NCBI GenBank assembly: GCA_016182555.1 | Contig: JACPGJ010000007.1 | Coordinates: 192,053 to 256,052, forward strand | DNA from: Candidatus Kerfeldbacteria bacterium | GTDB lineage: Bacteria; Patescibacteriota; Patescibacteriia; UBA9570; XYC2-FULL-38-9 | DNA: 64,000 nucleotides | Direction: 5' to 3' | Shown: piece after piece, positions 57,907-64,000 of the stretch | Layout of the letters: each line of letters starts with the position of its first letter | Numbering within the stretch: the first letter of the stretch is position 1 | Translations under genes and position numbers: made by a program | The notes under the pieces: model-generated | The model's database searches: none | Seen by the model: only the letters and a program-made list of their open reading frames with translations | What the model was told of the DNA's origin: nothing

Positions 57907-59871
57907 TTATTCTAGCTCTCCATGTGAGGAAACCATATATTCTTCAAATGTTGCTCCATTGAATTGTAGTTTGATTTGAGCATTTTCTATTTCGATGGAA
58001 AATGTATCCGAAATATCATATACCTGTTGAATACGCTTACGACTTTGCAAGTGTAATTTGTGATAACCATCAATCGTATACAAACGTGTCATAAAATGTT
58101 GCTCTGGTTGTGGACTGAATGTCGACACAACGACCGCTGTAGTGGAAGTTCCGGGGATCATAAATGACTTCATGACAATATCATTCCCAAATTCTGTATA
58201 ATTTTTTTTAAACTCTTTTGCATCTAATCGTTTACCAGAATAACCGTCAAGCAAACGAAGGTGTCTACCAGAAGAATCGACCACCAAAATGTGTGTGCGG
58301 TCAGGTGTGATAATCGTAGAGGCTAAAGTTCCTGTCCCTTTTTGGAATGGATCAAGTGACTGCACACTACCATCTTCGTACCAAACCTTCATTCTTGATC
58401 CCCATTTCGTTTTCTGTATTTTTTGAATCAATCCATCCTGCTCAATTGAAAAATCATAATCTTCATCAAGAAGACCATTACAATCATTATCAATGCCATT
58501 ATTTTCTGTTTCTTTTGCGCCAGGATGAATTCCTGATTTTGCATCGTTGCAATCCCCCTGTATCGCAGAATATCCATCTTGATCACCATCACCGGAAGTG
58601 AATAAATAATGATCAAAGAGAATATCATCTTTGCCATCACCATTCATATCACCAGCATTTACAGCGCCGGGTGACCTCATCCAATCATTGGCGTTATTTG
58701 CCGCATAACCATTGAATGTGATATCGACAGCATCAACAAAATCTGGTGAATACTCAAGATCTTCTCCATAAATCACATACATAGCTCCGGATTCAGGAAT
58801 ACGATTTGGGCTGGCTATTTGATCAAATAGAATGATATCATCATACGCATCGCCATTAATATTTGCCGAGGTAGTCATTGCATCAACAATATATCCGTTC
58901 ATCTCAAGAACTGCTCCATCAGTTACAGTCAATGTTGTTGGCCAGGTCAACTGACCATACAGAATATATTGATTATTCTTTGTACTAATCAGTAAATCAG
59001 AAATTGTGTCACCATTTATATCTACACTACGCACCGTACTGCTATTATTCGTAATCGATTCAATATTTTGTCCACTAATTTCAACGTCAACTAATTCATC
59101 TTCACTCATAGGCTCTTTCCATTGGTCTGTTGGGCGTCCAAAGGCAATCTTAGCCACACCTTCGTAATTAAAAGAAAAAAAGAGATCGTCATATCCATCT
59201 GCGTTCACGTCACCAATATGTACGTCACGTCCATCAAAAAGAGAAGAAAGGGTGGCATCAGGCGAGTCAATCGACTTAATTCCTGTAGGCGAGCCAAAAA
59301 ATAGCTTATACGATTGACTATCATTTTCTTTCACCAAAACATCATCGTAGACATCTCCATTCACGTCCCCCGCGGGATAGAGGTCACCTTCAATAATGGT
59401 GATACGACTATCTGAAAGATCATCAATATCAATTACATCTGGCGCGAGATAGATTAAATAATTACGTTCATCTTGAACTTGATCATGTAAAAGAATATCC
59501 TGTAATCCATCACCATTGAGGTCACCAAGCACCGTCATAGACTGTTTATAATCACTTCCCAAGGGGCGAAGAAACTCTACAAGTGTTGTTGTGGCTAAAT
59601 CTGCTGCTGTATGCAAAGATGATCCACCTTCCTTCATTCGAACAGCAATACGACAATTTTCTTCTATTTTACAATTGCCACTATAAATTAAATCATCGTA
59701 ACCATCACTATTAAAATCACCAACCGTTACTGGGGAATCCTGCATGGTAAAATGAATGGAAGACAAATCTTGATTCTTCACCAATGTCCGCTCAGTTGCT
59801 GCGTATGTGGATCCCGGAATCGTGATAATGATTATTGTCAGTAATAAAGAAGAAACAATGGGGAATCGCAT
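57907..59871 (-). CDS. Secreted FG-GAP repeat protein with Cys/Asp metal-binding motif
   Basis: Seven GD.N.DG.DD-type repeats; DGDQDGY..DCND..PGA.E..NGIDNDCNG..DE. Confidence 0.85.
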   Translation of the reverse strand: MRFPIVSSLLLTIIIITIPGSTYAATERTLVKNQDLSSIHFTMQDSPVTVGDFNSDGYDDLIYSGNCKIEENCRIAVRMKEGGSSLHTAADLATTTLVEFLRPLGSDYKQSMTVLGDLNGDGLQDILLHDQVQDERNYLIYLAPDVIDIDDLSDSRITIIEGDLYPAGDVNGDVYDDVLVKENDSQSYKLFFGSPTGIKSIDSPDATLSSLFDGRDVHIGDVNADGYDDLFFSFNYEGVAKIAFGRPTDQWKEPMSEDELVDVEISGQNIESITNNSSTVRSVDINGDTISDLLISTKNNQYILYGQLTWPTTLTVTDGAVLEMNGYIVDAMTTSANINGDAYDDIILFDQIASPNRIPESGAMYVIYGEDLEYSPDFVDAVDITFNGYAANNANDWMRSPGAVNAGDMNGDGKDDILFDHYLFTSGDGDQDGYSAIQGDCNDAKSGIHPGAKETENNGIDNDCNGLLDEDYDFSIEQDGLIQKIQKTKWGSRMKVWYEDGSVQSLDPFQKGTGTLASTIITPDRTHILVVDSSGRHLRLLDGYSGKRLDAKEFKKNYTEFGNDIVMKSFMIPGTSTTAVVVSTFSPQPEQHFMTRLYTIDGYHKLHLQSRKRIQQVYDISDTFSIEIENAQIKLQFNGATFEEYMVSSHGELE

Positions 59872-59946
59872 AATGAAAATGTAAAAATAAACGTAACTTC
59901 TACATGCAGTATAAATCGAACGTAAAAAAACGCAATGGTGATTTTT

Positions 59947-60040
59947 ATCCGTTTTTCATACGAGACGGCTATGCTTTTTCTAACTTCGCTATCTTTGGCG
60001 TTAAAAATGTTGGCGGAAATAGAGCCGTCTGTGGATAACT
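59947..60040 (-). repeat. Imperfect inverted repeat, copy B (includes a DnaA box at 60030-60038)
   Basis: AGACGGCT-52 nt-AGCCGTCT; shares TCCACAGACGGCTCT and the core with 55836-55920. Confidence 0.5.
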
Positions 60041-60131
60041 CATTTTTCGAACAGATCTATAAACAAAAAACCAGCGCGCGGCCGATTTTCTGTTTTCATA
60101 TACTATTTCTCACAACACTATATCCCTCGTG

Positions 60132-60205
60132 TGACAGGAGAGAGATTCGAACTCTCGACCCCGGGCTTATGAGTCCCGTGCTCTAACCAACTGAGCTACC
60201 CTGTC
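60132..60205 (-). tRNA. tRNA with CAT anticodon (elongator Met or Ile2)
   Basis: GACAGGG acceptor, loop CTCATAA, GTTCGAATC; no encoded CCA. Confidence 0.92.
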
Positions 60206-60280
60206 ATAAATTTTTTCGCACTGTCTAGTATTCCGGGTACACCCCCGCCCCGTAAACGCCTCACACACCAACCACCACGG

Positions 60281-61219
60281 CTACAGCACTGGCGGCAACG
60301 CCGTCACTCGGGTACTGTTTTTAAATACCGGAATGGTCTTGCGCTGCGTATTCCCCACCTTGTCTGTGGCAATAATGCGAATATACCAGCGTCCGTTCTT
60401 TTTTTCAAGCATATCATAGGAAATTGGAATATCTGGTGTTTCTACAGGGTTTATGGCTTGAATCACTTGTGAGTGGTGTTTGTGTTTATTCAGTAACTTC
60501 ACCACAACACTCGCCACACCACTTGTTTTGTCCTTCACCCGAACATCCATATTCATAACATCATGCACCACCATACTGCGGCGCAAATGTTTCAACCGAA
60601 TTTTGGGGCCACGATCATCCACCACTGCATGCTCGGGAATAAACACCGCTGGATCATACCAGTCATCAATCAGCGCCAGATCAGACACATGGCCATAATA
60701 GACCCACACCCCAGTATACGCCGATTTATGAATACCAAAGTGAATATGTGGCCGCGCACTACCCGCTTCTGTGGTATTCCCCAGCACACCAATCTGCTGT
60801 CCAACGCTCACCTCTTGGCCTGGTGAAACCATATTGTTGCCCACACTCAAATGCCCATACACCGACACAATAGTATTTCCGCCTGCGGACTCCGGAAGGG
60901 TGTGCTCAATAAGCACCACCAAACCAAACCCAGAACGCTCCTGAGATTCTTTCACCACGCCATTGGCCACCGCATACACCGGTGTACCCTCTGGCTGGCC
61001 AAAACCAGCATCTGTGCCCACATGGTACAAACCCGCGGAAAATTCTTCACCATGCTGAATAGTATTTCCAACCCACGGATTCAGGGGAAAAACAAAATGG
61101 TCGGCAATACCTGCCGCAAAGGCGAATTTTGGCAGCAATGCACCAATGAATACAGCGAATGCCAGAAAAACACCGGAAAACAATGCTTTATTGATACGCA
61201 CAAGCAATAGATGACCCAT
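60281..61219 (-). CDS. Secreted M23 peptidase with Lys-rich Ig-like tail
   Basis: Signal peptide (AFA), HVGTD, YGHL, HIHFG. Confidence 0.87.
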   Translation of the reverse strand: MGHLLLVRINKALFSGVFLAFAVFIGALLPKFAFAAGIADHFVFPLNPWVGNTIQHGEEFSAGLYHVGTDAGFGQPEGTPVYAVANGVVKESQERSGFGLVVLIEHTLPESAGGNTIVSVYGHLSVGNNMVSPGQEVSVGQQIGVLGNTTEAGSARPHIHFGIHKSAYTGVWVYYGHVSDLALIDDWYDPAVFIPEHAVVDDRGPKIRLKHLRRSMVVHDVMNMDVRVKDKTSGVASVVVKLLNKHKHHSQVIQAINPVETPDIPISYDMLEKKNGRWYIRIIATDKVGNTQRKTIPVFKNSTRVTALPPVL

Positions 61220-61243
61220 AGAGCGGTCATCGTATTCTAGCGC

Positions 61244-61756
61244 TTATTGAGGAATATGTCCAATGCTACCTAATAATGCATCGACAATGACAATCCCTTT
61301 TGTGGAAAGCGACGCCATCAATTCATGATGAATTTTTTGTTCAATTTCGGCACGGCGGCTGGAGAAAAAATCGTTAGCCGTATATTGTGCGGCAATAGTT
61401 CGCACACGTGAACGTACGGTTGGGCGAATAATTTTTTCAATATAATTATCGCCAATGTGTTGCCAGAGTTGCGTGGCATTTTCTGAATCGATATGAAACA
61501 AAATCGTCATTTCGATAATCACATTTTGCAAATCGGTGGTGGCAGCAATAATTTCCGCATCGCCTAATTCGCTGGTGGCAATATCAAAACCATTACGAAT
61601 TTGGTATTCCTGTACTTGGGTATTAAACAACTTCGCTTTGTGCCAAAACGGCAGTTTCAAATGCAGACCCGGGCGCAATACTTTCAGCAATACACCTTTG
61701 CTATGACTATAAATGCAGCCTACATACCCTGGCGGCACGGAAACGAACATGCCGAA
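61244..61756 (-). CDS. SPFH/prohibitin-family protein
   Basis: VPPGYVG, PGLHLKLPF, IIRPTVRSRVR..Y; start uncertain. Confidence 0.8.
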   Translation of the reverse strand, partial: FGMFVSVPPGYVGCIYSHSKGVLLKVLRPGLHLKLPFWHKAKLFNTQVQEYQIRNGFDIATSELGDAEIIAATTDLQNVIIEMTILFHIDSENATQLWQHIGDNYIEKIIRPTVRSRVRTIAAQYTANDFFSSRRAEIEQKIHHELMASLSTKGIVIVDALLGSIGHIPQ

Positions 61757-61785
61757 CATAACATCTTCAATCGCAATCGAAATGA

Positions 61786-62541
61786 TTAACTTGTCCATAA
61801 ATCTTTAATATTTTCTTTTAACTTCTCATCTTTCACAACATACTTCAGCACAATACCGCGAATCAGCCGCATCCACAAGGAGAATATCACGGAAGTGGTA
61901 ATAAACAAGGCTTTAGATGCCGGCAACACAATCGTTGCAAAATAGATTCCCAGCGGAAGACCGAATAACAACACCTTATCAATCACGCTCGCTTCCGAAA
62001 TATGCTTCACACGGCGAATAGCCTGCTGGAAGAATATCACGAAAGCGGCAACGAGAGAAGCTGCTTGGCTTGGAACAATTAAATTCAACTTACCCAAGAA
62101 ATACGGATCAATAATTTTTGGCCGTGGGGTGATTGGGTAGAATGTATTATGCCCACCAGGTTGCAAACCGGATGAGAAAATTTTATACAGCACGACGAAA
62201 AATAAAATTTGAAACAACAGTGAAAAAAGGTTTGAAAAAATACCAATGTTATTTTGGCGCAATAATTGACGCGTTGCGATGCGTTGGCGTTCCAAGTTAT
62301 AGCGGTACTTTGATTTAATTTCATCAAACACCGGCTGAAGCCGCTCTAAGCGATGTTCACTGCGAGCCGAACGAATAGAAAATGGCAATAACACAATACG
62401 AATGAGAATAGTGAGAAAAATGACCGCTAAACCCATATCTCCTCCGCCAATTTCTTTGTATGGCGGTGAGATGACATACATCGTAATCAGTAAATTGTAG
62501 AGCGGTTTATAGAGAATTTCGTACCAGATGAAATTAAACAT
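61786..62541 (-). CDS. yidC: YidC/Oxa1-family membrane insertase
   Basis: PLYNLL, GLAVIFLTILIRIVLLP, LQP..EIK.KY; divergent CPR-type short form. Confidence 0.8.
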   Translation of the reverse strand: MFNFIWYEILYKPLYNLLITMYVISPPYKEIGGGDMGLAVIFLTILIRIVLLPFSIRSARSEHRLERLQPVFDEIKSKYRYNLERQRIATRQLLRQNNIGIFSNLFSLLFQILFFVVLYKIFSSGLQPGGHNTFYPITPRPKIIDPYFLGKLNLIVPSQAASLVAAFVIFFQQAIRRVKHISEASVIDKVLLFGLPLGIYFATIVLPASKALFITTSVIFSLWMRLIRGIVLKYVVKDEKLKENIKDLWTS

Positions 62542-62629
62542 ACTTAATATATAGTATACTTAAAATTCAAAAAAATGTCAAACTTCAATATTTGACATAC
62601 AACCGGAAAATAACCCTATTTTACTTATC

Positions 62630-62658
62630 TTGACAACCCGTTGTTGCTTCGATATGAT
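62630..62658 (+). promoter_or_regulatory. sigma70-like promoter
   Basis: TTGACA-17 nt-TATGAT upstream of the DHH gene. Confidence 0.6.
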
Positions 62659-62737
62659 AGTTTGTCAACCTGTCTACGCGCTTGTTTGGCACCCTAATAA
62701 ACAGTATACGTTTTCAGAGATACCGTAGAAATGATGT

Positions 62738-63892
62738 ATGATAGAAAAAAAGAGTAAAGAAGAACAAATTTTTAACCTTCTACAACACAGCACCTCTGTG
62801 TTGATTTGCCTTCCGCAGCAACCATCGACAGATGCGATTGCTTCAGGCTTGGCTATGCTTTCGATTGTTGAAAAACTGCAAAAACGCGGGCGTGTGGTCA
62901 GCTCGGGCTTTCAACTTCCCTCAAACCACAGTTTCCTTCCAAAAAGTGAAGAAATTGTTGCTGATGTGACTGCGCTCAAAAAATTCATTATCAACCTAGA
63001 TATTTCGCGAACGAGCGTGGAAGAAGTGGCCTATACCATAGAAGGCAAACGCCTACGACTGTACGTTACCCCAAAAGGCGATGGATTTAGCGCAGCTGAT
63101 GTCACTGCGGAAGAAGACAACTATGCCTATGACTTGATTATTGCCATCGATGCCCATGATTTTGAATCACTCGGGCGCATATACGAAATGAATACCGAAT
63201 TTTTTTACCGCACACCCGTGATTACCATTGACCACAGCCCGGAAAACCGACACTTTGGCCAAGTTAACTTAGTACAAATTACGGCGACCTCTGTATCTGA
63301 AGTCATTTTTGAGCTACTCCAAAGCTGGCAATCTACACCACATGCCTTGCTCGATGAATATATCGCGACCAACCTGCTCACAGGCATGATTTCTAAAACA
63401 AAAAGTTTTCAAGCGGGTTCTGTGACCCCACGGTCGCTGGCCATTGCATCTCATCTCATTTCCCAAGGGGCACGCCGGGAAGATATTGTGAAAAATTTAT
63501 ACCAATCGAAACAGTTGTCTACTCTGAAACTGTGGGGGCGGGCGCTATCGAAACTGGAATCTGATCAAGCATATAAAATTGTGTGGTCAAAACTCGTGCC
63601 AGAAGATTTCCTGCAAACAGGTGCACCAGAAAGCGAACTCCCAGATGTAATTGATGAGCTCATTATCAACACTCCAGAAGCCCGCAACGTTTTTATTTTG
63701 TATCAAAAAGCAAATGGCGAAATTGATGGAGTAGTGAGTACGGCGCCATATATCAATGCGCTGGAATTGTTTGCCTCATTACAACCACACGGCAGTGAGC
63801 ACTTTATCTTTTTTAATGTAGCGCGCCAACCGATGGCTGAATTAGAGCAAACTATTCTTGAACGACTCCGCTCTGCATCCCCGACTGTTTAG
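62738..63892 (+). CDS. DHH-family phosphoesterase-like protein with degenerate motifs
   Basis: P.TDAIASG, IAID, TIDHS (for DHH), SVSE, LLTGMIS.T.SF. Confidence 0.8.
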   Translation: MIEKKSKEEQIFNLLQHSTSVLICLPQQPSTDAIASGLAMLSIVEKLQKRGRVVSSGFQLPSNHSFLPKSEEIVADVTALKKFIINLDISRTSVEEVAYTIEGKRLRLYVTPKGDGFSAADVTAEEDNYAYDLIIAIDAHDFESLGRIYEMNTEFFYRTPVITIDHSPENRHFGQVNLVQITATSVSEVIFELLQSWQSTPHALLDEYIATNLLTGMISKTKSFQAGSVTPRSLAIASHLISQGARREDIVKNLYQSKQLSTLKLWGRALSKLESDQAYKIVWSKLVPEDFLQTGAPESELPDVIDELIINTPEARNVFILYQKANGEIDGVVSTAPYINALELFASLQPHGSEHFIFFNVARQPMAELEQTILERLRSASPTV

Positions 63893-63923
63893 CGCGGGGT
63901 TTTTTTGATATACTACCCAAGGT

Positions 63924-64000
63924 ATGAATAATTTTGGATATGGATCGATTGACGATCTGCTAAAAAAACGACCAGCGCGTCTGTCTACCAACTCGACAAC
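63924..64000 (+). CDS. Partial ORF running off the window
   Basis: ATG opens MNNFGYGSIDDLLKK..; too short to assign. Confidence 0.35.
   Translation, partial: MNNFGYGSIDDLLKKRPARLSTNST

Overview
Genomic window from what looks like a Patescibacteria/CPR bacterium (genetic code 11). The taxonomic call is inference from gene content, AT-rich gene starts that mostly lack a Shine-Dalgarno (SD) motif, and paralogous AAA+/DUF4143 and TrmB families. 1-23.7 kb is mostly housekeeping: leuS with an inserted alpha/beta-hydrolase domain, LysM-M23 peptidase, rsmI, comM, lspA, DksA-like, gmk, pnp, rpsO, a large surface protein, NYN, a Xer recombinase, a CCA enzyme and two tRNA-Arg. It also holds a promoter- and terminator-bounded, heavily structured ~490-nt segment with no credible ORF (candidate ncRNA, ~9.9-10.4 kb). 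At tRNA-His (24337-24412) an island begins, bracketed by two copies of a ~260-bp recombinase-remnant repeat. Its core (25.2-39.1 kb) is the most striking feature: a regular array of nine diverged TrmB-family regulators, each divergently paired with small SD-led cargo genes, four of them receiver-like. The units are punctuated by nine full or partial copies of a conserved ~65-nt nested hairpin that shows compensatory base changes. A decayed defence cluster follows (AlbA-ATPase, truncated primase-helicase, AbiE with a broken toxin). After several metabolic and transport genes come a LuxI-like synthase among three 7TM-GAF sensor genes, M23/FG-GAP surface proteins, tRNA-Met/Ile2(CAT), yidC and a DHH protein. 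All calls come from reading the sequence; no searches were run.
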